DNA of 55,789 nt, the filler included, from Bipalium vagum (Eukaryota), in the NCBI GenBank assembly GCA_037834085.1. It is 3 parts of 3 records of this genome, joined end to end, with 100 filler letters (N's around TTAATTAATTAA, not from the genome) between each part and the next. Parts side by side here need not be neighbours in the genome. Positions count along the whole stretch, not along the records: positions 1 to 18,990 come from JBBMKC010013813.1; 2 more parts are not named here. The stretch is one strand, 5' to 3'. The notes under the pieces are model-generated. The model searched no databases. It was not told the origin of the DNA and saw only the letters and a program-made list of their open reading frames with translations. Positions within the stretch are counted from its first letter, which is position 1. Each line of letters begins with the position of its first letter. A program made the translations under genes and the position numbers. Of the stretch, positions 1-13,388 are shown piece after piece.

Positions 1-45
1 TTTCGAGTTTTAACTTATTCATTTCCATTAATTTTGTATATTCTA

Positions 46-76
46 TAGGGGGTGAACAAACTTTTTACAAGGACTG
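46..76. mobile_element. Probable Tc1-family terminal inverted repeat (right end of an element extending left of the window)
   Basis: Reverse complement reads CAGTCCTTGTAAAAAGTTTGTTCACCCCCT, resembling the typical Tc1-like terminus CAGT-x-CTTG-x-AAAAGT-x-TTCACCCC. Confidence 0.5.
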
Positions 77-326
77 TGCATTTTTTCATTTTGGATTTAA
101 TAAGTAACTTTTTAAAAACAATTACTGTCGATAAAAAATACGACAGATCAGCTTCTAATTTAAAATATTGACAAATGAGATGATCTACTTTAAAAAGTAT
201 TTAAATTGGTATTTTTATATTTATAAATAAGACTAAAGGTTTTTGAGCTATTTGATAATGATCATTTATAATTTTATAGTTTTTTTATAAATGGAAAATA
301 AAAATAGTTAATGTTGTAATAATTAC

Positions 327-3300
327 TTGAGCTGTTGGGTTAATAAGTCTGGAAAAAATAACATATGATAAAACATTGGCAACTGGGTATCCCAAGGTAA
401 ACAAGGCTATTGAAACTCCATATTGCCAAATTTTCAGGACTGGTACATGTAAACACCAAGGCTGACTTATACTGTCACACCCAGTTCCGTTATTAAAAGA
501 TTCATTAAGCGATAAACCTTAAAGGAAAATTAAAATGACACATTTTAATAACCAATACTAAATATTAAGTGTGGCATTTCTTTTATAAAAATACTGAAAT
601 TGAAAAAAGATTTATTTAAATTGGAAAAATTAAACTTTTACATGGGTACACTTTTGATGTAAATTAATTATCCAATTATTGTGTAAGGATAAAATTTAAA
701 ATGTTTATAATTTTGAAGTAATGAATTAAGCAAATTAAAATTTATATAACTTTAATTAAAGATTCTAAAAATTGTTACATAAAATTATTTAAAAAAAGGA
801 TTTTAAAAATATTATTAAATAAATTGATTGACACAAAAATCAATTACTTCATGCACTTATTTAATCAGATAAATATATATTGTTTATAAATGTTCAACAT
901 GCTGTTCATTTGCATTGAAAGAGAAATCTAGTCGCTTTTCAAAGCTTTTATAGAACAGGCCAAGTAAGTCATTGCTTACGTCAATATGGTTACAAGCTTC
1001 AATGATTCGCTGATGTAGATGAGTAAAATCTGTTTTGTGGAATTTTTGTTTCATGTAGCCCCAAAGTAAAAAACCATTGGAGTCAAATCTAGTGATCGGG
1101 GTAATAAGATCCAATTGTGGCATCAAATCGTTTTGAAGCATGTTTAGTTATACGCCACTAGTCAACGTCTCACAGAAAAAGAATCGATTAAGACATGATT
1201 TTTCCATAGCCCGCACCATACCATCAATTTTGATTTGGGTGTCCCTTACTAGGATCTGTCCAATGCGGATTTTTGACTGAATAATAATTGTAGTTTAGCT
1301 TCTTGACTTCACCATTCACAAAAAGATTAGCTTCGTCACTAAACAACACGTAGTCTTCTACAAATTTGGGGTTTCTATTTAATTGATTTTTAAACCAACT
1401 AACCATCTCTAGCCGTCGATCAGGGTCATCTTCTTACAGCTTGAACACATACTGAAGTTTATATGCATGGGAACCTTCAGATTTGGTAATCTGCCGCATT
1501 GGGCTTTTCTAAATTTTTTTAATGACACGCATCCGCGTTTCTTCAAGAATTCAGGGTCATTCTTTCTTTGACTTGTCTAAGACATTCCATGTTTCCCGAA
1601 ATTGAGTCAGCAGTTGCCAAACTGTTGTGTGAGAGACATGCTTTTGATCAGGATAAGTCTGATTAAATCTCTCAGTCATAGATCTATTTGAAGCACCATC
1701 GCAATCACACATCAACACGAGCTCAATTCGTTGATCAACTGATAACGCTATAATATCTTTAATATAAAAGATAGATATAAAATAAAAGGTACTTAGCAAT
1801 AGATTTAATCATATATCGTCAAATTTTAATAATTTGATGCACTTAAACAAATAAATTTTCTTATTATGTTTTAGTGCGCTACTTTTTGGTTCGGCTGCTG
1901 ATTTCTTTAAATTGTATCAAAATAATAATGATTTCCACGAATGCTGTTTTCTTAGTCTGTGATTTTACATTTTCGCTAAAAAAATAAGCTATTTAATCAG
2001 TTAAACAAGTACTAACTATTTTTTTATTTTCAATGTTAAGTGCACGATATTTATAATAATAATTAATCTCAAAAAAGATGGGAATTAATTCCCATACCAA
2101 ATGTAATAATAAATGTATAAATTTTCGTTAAATCAATAAGCACATTTAAGTTCACAAGTGAGATATATGGAGCCTAAAAATAAAAAAATGTTAACAAACA
2201 GTGATGTAATTAATTCATTTAGGAATGTAATGTATAGCACTTGATAATTATTTCACGTGTTATGATAAATATTAGAACAAGATCGATAAAATTATTTGTG
2301 TATACCAGAAGGCCTGAAAATTATTTTATTCGCTTATTTATGTCTTTAAAAATTCAATTAAACCTAAAGATTGATATTCAACCAGATGTCCTTAAATTGA
2401 CAGAATTGGGTGGTTTACAATAGATTGAGGTGAAAGATCTTTGGTGGAAATGACCTTGGATTCATTATCTTACAGAAGAATACTGCATAAAAATCTTTAT
2501 TAATATTCAGTTCTGGTATAACAATTTATAATAATAAATTAATTATTAATATTCATTTCTGGTATAACAATTTATAATAATAAATTTGTCTTAATTAGGA
2601 ATATTACTTTAAGGAAGACATGAAAATCATAAACTAAGTATACATGGAAATGGAAAAATACAATTTTTGATTTTAGTGAAACATTCTGAGTTAGATTTAC
2701 TTTAAAAAGTCAAAAAAATTTATTCTGTAAAAATCTAATCCATTTGTTATATGAAGAAAATTTTTCGCTTCAAACATCACAAATTTTGATTTTAAAACCA
2801 AGGATAGGAAGGGTGATATTGTGCTGAGAGGCATGAGAAAGTCATTTTGCAACATGGCAATGGTTGACCGCATGTTTGGAAAAACGGTTAAAAGATTCTC
2901 GGAAGCACTAAAATGATAATTTTTACCACATCCGCTTTGATCGCCTCAAAAATCTGGATTTTTTAAACACAGAATCGGTGTATTGTCTGGAAGATGAGAG
3001 AAAGTTTTGACAACCAGTCGAGAATATTTCGTAGAATGAATTTGTTTATTTTTAAAATAAAGTTTATTTATTTTATTTAGTTCTTCTTAGTTATTTATTT
3101 TAAAAATCCGGAAACTTATTCACACATCTGATAACTAAATAAAGGGGTATAATTCGTAGATGAATGTTGTTTTTGTTCAAATCGAAAGGATCAAATTGAT
3201 GCAGAAATCAATTTAGGAAAATCATGAAAGTGAGTTTTTGAACACATTTGAAGAAAATGTTTAGGGAAATTATATTCTACATGATAAAAAGAAATACTCA

Positions 3301-4573
3301 TGAAAAGATTTCTGTAAAAAATTATATAGTTAACTTCATATTCTTTTCAACAATGAGATTGTTACCTTACCTCATCTTAATAAGTAATTTTAAAGAACTG
3401 TGTCTTCAAATAGATGGGTTACTCAAAATTTCATATTTCGCTATTAAAATTATTTAATAGAAATCAATAATAATAATAATAAAATATTAATATCTACTTT
3501 CATATTGGATAGGTATGTGGCCATCTTCTAAGGGAATTAATACAATTGTTGATAACAAAATGAATACAAATCCAGCTACCAATATGTACTTTTCTTTAAT
3601 TCTTAAATTATTAAAGATTTTACTCTAAAATTATAAGAGAATTAAACAAAGTACTAACTTTTTAGTGATGATCTTTAAAAATACAAAGATTATTAAAGAA
3701 CAAATTCCACTTGATGCCAAAATAATGCTATTTATAAAAGTAGCTTTAGATCGTGACCAAGCAAAATTATCCATCGATATCGGTGTGGTACTCCTGTAAA
3801 ATATTTAATAACTATTTTTTAGTGTTTATTTATTAATATTGATTACATTATTAATATTATAACCATTATTGATTTTTTTAAAATTTTATCATTAAATATT
3901 GATTCTTATTGAAATAATATTACTTATTGAACCAAGGTTAGAATGCCTTACTTAATTTTTATTTTAATATTTATGTTGACCGAAAATATAACATTTAGGC
4001 AAACAGGTGTACATATTTTATGGTCGTACAAAAAGTTATGTCACATTTTTACAAGCTGGAAGACTATAAAATTACGGTAGTTACTCTAAATCATAGGTAT
4101 ATGCCTTATGCATCAATGAAAAAGGGAAGTTCAGTTTTCAAAAACTGAAAGTAGTGGATAAGGTCATCATTTTGCTCCATAACAATATTCGTCCACTTTG
4201 TTTGAAAATGAAAAATATTATTCAACATAATAAAAATAATTTTTCATTACTCTTAAAAAACATTAAAATTATAACCCAATAAAGTTCATGAAATAGAATT
4301 ACGTTTCAAGAACAGCCAGACTCATCATACAGACGAAAAATGCGACCAACATGAATACAGCCGACACGTAGTCGTTAATAAAAGACAATTCGCTACTTTC
4401 TAAGTTCACTTTTTTGTATTTTATTCCGCTGAAGCTGTTATAGTCTAAAATATAATATAAAATAATATTTATTCTTCAATTACTTAATATAATAATTATT
4501 TGAGTTAAAATAAAATTTAACTGGAAAGTCACAAAAATTCATACAGTACCATTTGATTATGCAGCGGTTATAA

Positions 4574-4644
<71 letters not shown>

Positions 4645-7600
4645 CAAAAAGAAATATTAATTAATTAAAAATAATATTAATAATAATAGTTATAATAAAA
4701 ATTTTATTTTATCGCCTAGTTTGAGTTGTAAAGAATTCGCCTGGATACTGGTCTTTAATTATTTATTATTTTACCGAATATGTGGTTTTATCTTTATAGC
4801 ACACATCACGCTTTGTCATCAGCAGTACTTATATACTTTGTTAAACAATCTTTACATTGTTCGTAACAAAATCAAAATCTTCAGGAACTGTTCTAATCTG
4901 ACTTCGAATTTCGTATCTATGCTCACGAAGGTGTTCTTTCAGTCTGCCAAGGTCTTCACTGTAAAGTGGATGTGAGATCAAAAGTATTCTATATTTTTCT
5001 AAGAAACCCATCACAAAGTGGAATTTATGAGACGTTATGTTATCATGATGAAGGCGAAGATGATTTTTTAGATACCTGTCGAGATACATATATTTCACAG
5101 AAAGCAAAACAGTATTGCATTAAAAATTGCCAATTACTGTTTTCTCCGAAGGAGTTTGAATTTGTGACAGAGAAACTTCACCGTTAAAGAAAATTACATA
5201 TAATAACTTTATTCAGCATTTTACCATGCTTTATAATGAGAGAGAGATCATATTTTACTTGTTTCTTTTTGGTTCAAAATCTAAGTTTTACCCTTGACGA
5301 TTTGAAGAAAAAATTTTGCCAATTCCTCAGAAACGACTGAGCAATGATCGACAGGTTTTTTACTCGTTCTTACTTCTGCTTTTCATTTCACCGGGAACAA
5401 AGCTAACTAACTGCAATATTTTATGAATGTTCGCAATTCCAATGCTAGTTATGTTTTCAATAAAGTCTTATTCTTAAAGCTACTAAGGAAACTATCCCCA
5501 CTAGTGACACTAATCAGAATGATAATGATTATTAATTAATTAATTCAAACATGAGCGATACATGTTGTTTTTTATTACTTTCGAAAAAACCCTCGTATAT
5601 TATTTTAAAATTTTCCTTTTCAAAATTATTATTTCTTGATTTTCAAAAATTTTTACTTGTTTCCGTGGCATTCATCTTCGAACTGTCATATTTGAAAAGA
5701 GAGATAATTAAAACAAATATTATGGCATCTAAAACATAAAATAATTATTATTTTATTTGAATAAAATAATGATGTATTAATAACCTATTATTGTAACTCA
5801 AATTGTGAACGCTTTATTGACAACGTTTTAAATATAGTTTTAATCTGATTTTTAAATAAATGAAATTATGAGGATAAAAAATCATTTTTTCTCGACAGAA
5901 CTAAATACCTAAATGGTTTTCAACATTTAGAGGATTCTATTTAAAATGCAATGACACCTTTGCAAAAAGAGGAAATCAATATAAAAATCATTAAGCTTTT
6001 GTTTCAGCCGAATTTCGTTAAGACAGAAGGAAAAGAGAAACTGTGAGGTAGTATACAAATTGAAATGAGATCTTAATAAAAACTGGTTCAATTAGTCCTA
6101 AAGGCGAGAATCGTTTATGCAGAATATTCTGAGAAAATATTTTTCATATAATAAAATCCTTTGCTCAAATGAGGTATTCAATTTCACATATACAAAAGAT
6201 TTGACCAAAGAATGAAATGATTTGAGAAAATGATTAATTCATATGAGAAATGCTTTAATTAATTTTGAATGGTCACTGAACTATTGATATTTATTCAATG
6301 TGTTTTTAATATTTAATAGAAAAAAGTGCTTATTTCTATTATTATATTCTCAAAAAATTCTCACTTTTTTAAAATCTGTGCTGATTGATTATAGATTAAA
6401 TTAGGAGAAATTTCCACACATATATCATACATATATGTAATATATAACGTGTTGCAAAGGGGATTTTTAAATAAAATATAAATTCAAATTTATAAATATC
6501 TTACAATAGGGGAATATTGATTTTTTCTTTCTGTTTGTTTTCTTTATTTTTTGGTTAAATTTAATTCACCGTTAAATTTCTTATTGAGAATATTGAATGA
6601 TTACGATAATTATTAATTTACTCATCCCAGGTCCAGAGATAATGAAAGAGAAATTAATATAAAAACGACCAAATCACCAGTGGAGTTTGATCAACATTTA
6701 TGGTATTTGGCCAATTGTATCGTAAATGTTCAAGATTTTCAGCTTTGTTACAAAACACTTTCATTTGTTATATAATCTAATTTTCGATTTGAAAATTTAT
6801 CTAGGCTCATTTCTAGAAAAATATTTCCCGAAGTTTCAAAAATAAATAAATATATGAATGACAATGAATCGAAACTCCGTAATTAAGTTTTTATATATTT
6901 TTAAGACTCAGATTAATAATTTTATTTTATAAATGATAATTACTAAATTTTTATCTCATCACAATAAGCCTATGGCAATAATAATAATAACAATAATAAT
7001 AATACTAATACTAATAATGATGATAATAATAATAATAAATGATGAAATATAAACGTGTATTAATTTATTTTTTAGTTTTTTGAAAAATACTTTAAATAAA
7101 AATCAGACAAAACATTTTTTCACGAAAATTATATAAAAAAATACTTGTGATGGCTCCGAAAATTCCAGCTGCCGTATACATATTTATTCTTAGAAAAGGT
7201 AATTCTATGATCCCTGGATATCCAATAGGAACAAATCCAGCTTGAATTCCTGTACAAATTTTTAAAAACAATAGGTTTTTATTTATTAATCGTACCAGGT
7301 CCAACAATAAATCCTAATCCCTGACAAGCACTTAAGATTGACATTGGCCCTATTCTCTCCTCTTCAGTAGTAACCAACGTCAGAAATAACCTAATCGACG
7401 CTATATTTGCTCCAGCAATACCAATTATTATTCTTGATGCAAGCAGGGAAACTGTTTTTTGCTTAACATACATTATATATAGTTTTAATCATTATAAAAT
7501 GTCTTCAACAATTTGTTAATTCAAAGAACTAAAATAATTTGAAACTATTAAAAAGAATATAAAGATGTTTTCTTTACAAATTAGAAAATCTTTTAATCGA

Positions 7601-9660
7601 AGTAAGAATAGAATGATGTCTGATTTTTTCTGTACTGAAATTAGCAGCATTTTTTCTTACTCTTCTCTCCTTGACAACATTTTTTGTCCACATACACTGA
7701 CCAAATATCGATAGGCATCTGCGGTAGAATGACCATTGCGATCACTTGTCGCAATAAAATAATTCAAGTTTTTTACACGCTTTTTTAAATATAAATGTCA
7801 ACAAAAAAATTAAGAGATAATTTTAAACAAACCTTACGAATTTTATAGATTTTATTTGTCTTAAAAAATACTTATTCAATATACAAATATTGGAAATGAA
7901 AATATGGGAACATTTTTTCTTACAAAGGGGACTTTTTTGGACCTGTTTTCTCCACTCCAGCATATGCAAGGCTTGTGTGCACCTGTTCAAGATAATCTTT
8001 TAATTTCCATTTTGGTATCCACACGTTTCCATTTAGTGTTACACGTCCTTCTGATATTGTAAACTTGTCTTATATTTTATCTTTGATTACTTAAATACGT
8101 AATATATCTGAGGTATTATGTTGCCAATGATCAAAAATGTTCTGATTAAATTCTAACGTATTAAGCGTACTTGTTTTTATTTTCCCAATGTTAGCATCTG
8201 CATGGTGTAATAAACATTGTGAACTTCGATTACAAGTTGTTTTTATAGCATATTTGCATTTTGATGTTCACTGCCTTTTCTCTATTCTATTTTCATATCC
8301 AAACTACTTAGAAAGTTGATCCACTTTTGTAATTGTGGAGTGATTGGGATTTTGTTGTCATCATAAAGATAATTGGTTTATGATCGGTTTGTAAAGTGAA
8401 CTGTTTGTCATATGGATATTGTTTTAAATGTTTTTTGAAATAAAATATAGATAGAAGCTCTTTCCTCGTAACGAAATATCCTTTTTCATGACTGGACATT
8501 GAATGAAAACCATATGAAATCACGTGCTTTTTGGAAAAAAACTCCGTATTTGAACTTGTATACTACATGTGAATCATTTCCTTTCGTGAAAATTCAGACT
8601 TATATTTCCCTGTTTATTGTACGACCAGCATATTACATGCGAATTGAAAATTGAGGCTCTTTCTCTTGTTTCTTTTGCCTGTATTTTTAACCCTAATCTC
8701 TTTTGGATTCCTTGAAATCCAGTGTTCAACATATCTCTGTAGAAACGCACAACATTTATTCTACTTTATCCTTTTCATGATCCATCATTACTCGTATAGT
8801 TTCTTTTATTTCGCATGGTCTTGACACCATATATCGAAAAGCTTCAGAGGTAGAATGGCCGATGCGTACCATTTTACCAATAAAATAATCAACATCTTCT
8901 GACATGAAAACCTTTTTAAAAATAAATTTGAAAAAAGATAAGTAAAAGAAAAATTTAAATAAACCATTTGATTTTAACAGATTTTCTATTTAAAAGTAAC
9001 TAATCACAACAAGACTATCAAAATGGAAAACAAGGGACAATTGTTTTCTACATAATGCCAATTTTTTTGGAGACACCCTATATCCATCATTTACTTACGA
9101 GTGGCACTAATTGTTGAGCATAATAATATGTAAACTGTATTCAATTTATTTCAATAAGTTTTATAATTAAACTCACATTTTCGCCATCGATATCCACAAT
9201 GATAGAATAAAGGTAGCTACCACCTCCAGCCAATATTGCACACAGTAATAAAATTAGTTTGAAACATCCTGTCTTTCCTGATATAAGAGATAAAATTGGG
9301 CATGCAAACAACTGTCCGATGCTATATGATCCAACAACCCAACCTAGAAATTCTTTTGTATAAGATTTGTTAATCTGAAGATTATTTGAAATTAGTACAT
9401 TGAAACTAAAGATTTTAATTACAATATTCATATAAGGCCAGAGAGATGGCATTTGAATGGAGTATGAAACACTTGTAAAAAACATTATGGCATAAGTAAC
9501 TTTTACTGCTTTCCATTTGGAAAGGCTGTTTGAGTTTTGGCTGTTATTTGAAAACTGGGTCGAGCTACTATCTCTAAGCATTTAGATATATAACACAAAA
9601 AACTAAAAAAAATTAAACCCTTCGTCTGATGATAAACTGTTGACACTGGCCAATAATTTC
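327..9660 (-). CDS. MFSD8: MFSD8/CLN7-like major facilitator superfamily lysosomal transporter, multi-exon, 3' end lies beyond the left window edge, start codon unresolved
   Basis: Minus-strand exons with GT-AG boundaries translate to MFSD8-like segments: WKAVKVTYAIMFFTSVSYSIQMPSLWPYM and FLGWVVGSYSIGQLFACP (~9180-9574); SRIIIGIAGANIASIR...SACQGLGFIVGP (~7297-7450); INMYTAAG (~7130-7250); AFFVCMMSLAVLET (~4303-4444); TPISMDNFAWSRSKA (~3659-3794); ILVAGFVFILLSTIVLIP..IQYE (~3496-3602); GCDSISQPWCLHVP...LGYPVANVLSYVIFSRLINPTAQ (327-517). Confidence 0.85.
884..1800 (-). mobile_element. Decayed Tc1/mariner-superfamily transposase, rosa/DD41D-like, inside an MFSD8 intron
   Basis: Fragments in order: N-terminal HTH (QRIELVLM..SNRSMTERFNQTYP..VSHTTVWQLLTQFRET), FSDEANLFVNGEVKKLN..Y..NPHW, and FLLWGYMKQK...LHQRIIEAC...RL....NEQHVEHL. 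Contains stops and frameshifts. Confidence 0.75.
2501..2587. repeat. ~46-bp tandem duplication
   Basis: TAATATTCA(G/T)TTCTGGTATAACAATTTATAATAATAAATT occurs twice head to tail. Confidence 0.85.
2700..3132 (+). mobile_element. Internally deleted mariner relic (Mos1/mauritiana-like)
   Basis: RHEKVILQHGNG*PHV..KTVKRFSEALK..LPHPL*SP matches the mariner VILQHDNARPHV...LPHPPYSP region. TIR-like end AAACTTATTCACACATCTGATA. Confidence 0.65.
4574..4642. repeat. (AAT)n microsatellite
   Basis: Perfect AAT run of about 23 units. Confidence 0.95.
4841..5400 (-). mobile_element. Mariner transposase relic
   Basis: ORF 4841-5107 contains LHHDNITSHK..VMGFLEKYRILLISHPLYSEDL...LKEHLREHRY, matching mariner HHDNA..H and HPPYSPDL motifs. 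Confidence 0.7.
8040..8720 (-). mobile_element. Ty3/gypsy LTR-retrotransposon pol relic (RNase H region) in an MFSD8 intron
   Basis: ISYG...EKGYFVTRKELLSIFYFKKHLKQY..KQFTLQTDHKPI, followed by a HADA-like motif, typical of gypsy RNase H. Confidence 0.8.
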
Positions 9661-9849
9661 TTGGAAAAAAGAATGATTATTTCCGTGATTATTTAACTTA
9701 CTTTTATCAAAATAAATATTTTCAATAATAATTATTAAGATTTTGATTTAATCATTGATATTTCACAATCAAACTATATTTATAGGTTTTGTTTAAGTAA
9801 GCATAGAAATGCATTTGTTTGAATTTATAATTATAGTTTAAATTAATAC

Positions 9850-10080
9850 GGAAAAAATGCAATTCGAGGTTTGATCCGTCAGTATTGGAAAAGGGGAATT
9901 TTTCCAATTTTTGACACCACAAGGTCTATTTTTGATATCGAAAGAGGTACCGTTGCCTATACCAGAGTCTCAGATTGGTTCAAAAAGTTTTAAAACGGAG
10001 ATAATAGTCTATAAGATAAACCTCGCAAAGGAAGACCGTCTGTCATAAATGAAAAGGTCCTACACAAAGCGGTAAAGAAT
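9850..10080 (+). mobile_element. Mariner N-terminal (HTH) fragment
   Basis: VAYTRVSDWFKKF*NGDNSL*DKPRKGRPSVINEKVL matches mariner WF.RF..G...L.D..RSGRP. Confidence 0.7.
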
Positions 10081-11194
10081 TTTTAGATAACGAGTATTCT
10101 ATTTTTACTAACAATTTTTATCACTGCCTTAATTTAAACCATTTGTGAGATTACTTTCAATAAAGTCGAAAAAGGATAAAATTAATATTTCCTATTAAAA
10201 CTCTTTCTCTTTGTACGAATACTGGGTAAACTTATAAGTATCACAATCACTATATAATAAGTTATGTTAACAAATTATATATGTTAATTACTTATTGGTA
10301 TATATCGTTTTAATTAACTTCGAGATACCCTGAAACAAAGTCAATATAGAAATAAAATTGTTAAGACTTAAAACCAGTTTCACGGAATCCAAAGAAACCA
10401 TTGGTTCATACAGAATTCCATTTTATAGATAAATAATGTTTTAGCATTATGTATGTTCAAGAACCCTTAAAAAAAATGAGAATAGAAAAATTTTTATTTT
10501 TTTTATCAATTTTGCAATAAAAATTTTCGTATTTTAATCAATTATCTTTCACCTAATTTATTTTTTTTAAAAATTAAGAGTTTTCAATGTTTGTATTACA
10601 GACCAATTGCAAAATTGGTCCAAGACTAATAAAAAAAGAAAAATATTTTTAAAATCATTTCAACTGTCATATTTCAAAGAAAAGTTTCTCATATTTCTCA
10701 TAAAAATTGGAGAAATTTATGATATTTTCAAATCATTTTGAAGAATATTCATTTTTATGTCATAAATTTATGTCGATGGTAATAATCTTCAAAGCGCGTA
10801 AAATCACAAAGAAATCTCACCCTGGGGTCACATATTGTATTCAGCAGCAGTTTATAGAGAAAAATTATTTTTCTATACAATTAAACAAAATTGGCTTGCA
10901 AATGAGGATAGTAAAGACGAGAAGTTGTAATATGTATTTCTCTTATTCAACATTTCATCAGCTCGAGCTTATATGAAATGTGATTTTACGAAATGCAGTT
11001 TACTAGTTCAATTAAAATAAGTCGTGTTTATATATACATATAATGATGACATTATTTATTGTACCTCTTGAACCAATAATTAATTTAAGTAAGAATCGAT
11101 AAGTATCTGGAGCTATGGTTATTTAAGACAACAGATATTTTAACATTTTTAGGAAACGCGTTGAAATAAAATGATTAGTTTTTCTTAAATATCA

Positions 11195-11196
<2 letters not shown>

Positions 11197-11244
<48 letters not shown>
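11197..11244. repeat. (AAT)n microsatellite
   Basis: Perfect AAT run of about 16 units. Confidence 0.9.
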
Positions 11245-11246
<2 letters not shown>

Positions 11247-12289
11247 TAATTCAAAATTATTTAATTTATATATTTAAATAATATTTCTAGATTAATGATG
11301 ACCATATCTAAACCTTAAAGTCTTGTAAATATAATTATTTTTATAACCAATTAAAATATCGACTTACCCTATCAAAATCTTTCCTAGGGTTGGACAACAT
11401 TAAATTTATTTAATTACTTGTAAAAATCGTTTTTCAAAAAATTGATCTTAAAATCACTGATCACTAATATTCCAATATTCAAAAATAAAACTTGTGCGAC
11501 GCAATGAATGTTAGTCTATTTTAAACACTAAACATTATTACAACCGTATATTTAAATTAAATTCATTTTTAAGTTCCATTTGGAATACTTTCATGAAATT
11601 AATATCATAAAAAAAGAATTAATAAGTTATTAAAAAAAATTTTTCAATGTAATATTCAGTAATGAGTTACATTTTTCAATAGAATTACATTTAAAATGTA
11701 TTCCATGAAATTATATGAAAAACGTTTTAATTCTAAATTTCATTTTTCAATAATAATGATAATTTAGAAATAATAAAAAATAAAAAAAAATAAAATAAAA
11801 ATATAAAAATTGTTTTATTTTACTCTTTATCTTATTTTTAAATTTTTGTTTATCTTTCAATTAAAACCACTTCGTTTTTTGTTGAAATAATTTCTATTTC
11901 AAAATTTTTTTACAATTTCTTAACTGTTGTATTATAAAATTTTGTACCTATAAGTATAAAAATTTTTTAGAATTTTTTTGAAGACATTGGAATTTTGTTA
12001 AATTTTTGTAATATGGCGGAGCTAATCAACAGATAACGTAATACTAGAAGGGTTTATATACGTATTCTGTAACAAGTTGAGTATATCAATAATCATAAAT
12101 TACTATTTCTGTTACTATTATACTTAGACGTAGTAACGTGTGCTCGTGTGCTCGTGACTCCTCACTTTTTATAAATAGTTGTGTCCGTAGCTCCTCTCAA
12201 CCTTTTCGAATCAAAACACCCACCACAATACCGTATCCGCACCCTTAAGAACTAAATCAAGACATCCACAATAAAACTTTATTGTTAAA

Positions 12290-13100
12290 AAAAAACACAA
12301 TGCCTATTATACTGATCACCACTATGAGTCTCTAATAAGTCTTAAAATGACTATTGACAGAGAAGGCTTCATACCCAGCTTCGGAGCTTGAAAAATAACT
12401 TTTTAGGCTCTTCCGGCTATATTGAACGTTTCAAGAAAAGACATTCAATTTCATTTAAAAGCATTTCACTTACATTCAAATCAAAATCAAAAGCCTAGAT
12501 GACAAATACTATATTCTTAAATTGGGTTGTTGAATTTGATAATGAATAAAAACTAAAATCGCGCAAAATAATATTATTTGTTGATTTTGTCCATCTCATC
12601 CTCATGATCCAAATTCGTCTTCAAATACTCTGATTTTCCTTCCGCCGAACTGAACATCAATTATTCATATCACGTGATCAGAGAGTCATTCTCAGTTTAA
12701 ATATTATACATTACTATTACATTGAATGACCAGTCCGATTTAGAGGAATATTCGGAGGTTCAGTCTATACTGACGCAATTCAAGTTATTGAAACATTGGA
12801 ATCTTATATTGGTAACAAACCACTAGTATCTGATGACTTATTTATCTCATTGTAAAAAAAATGAGATTCTTATTAAAGCATTACCAAAACAAAAAAATGT
12901 TAATAAAAAGTTTCTTCGATCTAAATTAACAAAGATCTTTTTTGAATTATTTTGATTATGTATATATTTTATGTATATATATATTGATTATGTATATTTA
13001 TACTTGTAATAAAATGCAGTACTTGTGATATAGTCAACTATGTTTACAATCAACGCTTATTGCTGTCAAATGCTAGTTGATTATGACCAGAGTAGACTAT
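12290..13100 (+). mobile_element. pogo/Tigger-type transposase relic
   Basis: F.GSSGYIERFKKRHSI (CENP-B-type HTH), RKIILFVD..PSHP and IFLPPN*TS....DQRVI (DDE_1 motifs), all interrupted. Confidence 0.75.
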
Positions 13101-13388
13101 ATTTTGAGGCAAAGGGTTCTTTAATTAACAAACACAATATAATAACTCTTCAACACTTAAAATGGAGTATCAGGATACTCTTGGTGAGCCGTTACAAAAT
13201 TATCAAAGAATAAAAACATCGTGTTTTAACTTGGCATTTTTTGGACGAAAAATAATGATTTTACTGTGGCTACATAATAATTTTCAAATATGATTTAACG
13301 TCTCTGATTGTATATGACGTTTTTCTCTTAAATAAACATTACTGAAAAATAAATTTGTTGTAGTTTAAATTTATGTAGTAGCTACATA

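Noticed and set aside
4966-5187. Plus-strand 73-aa ORF nested in the MFSD8 intron
   Set aside because: It is the antisense of a mariner relic.
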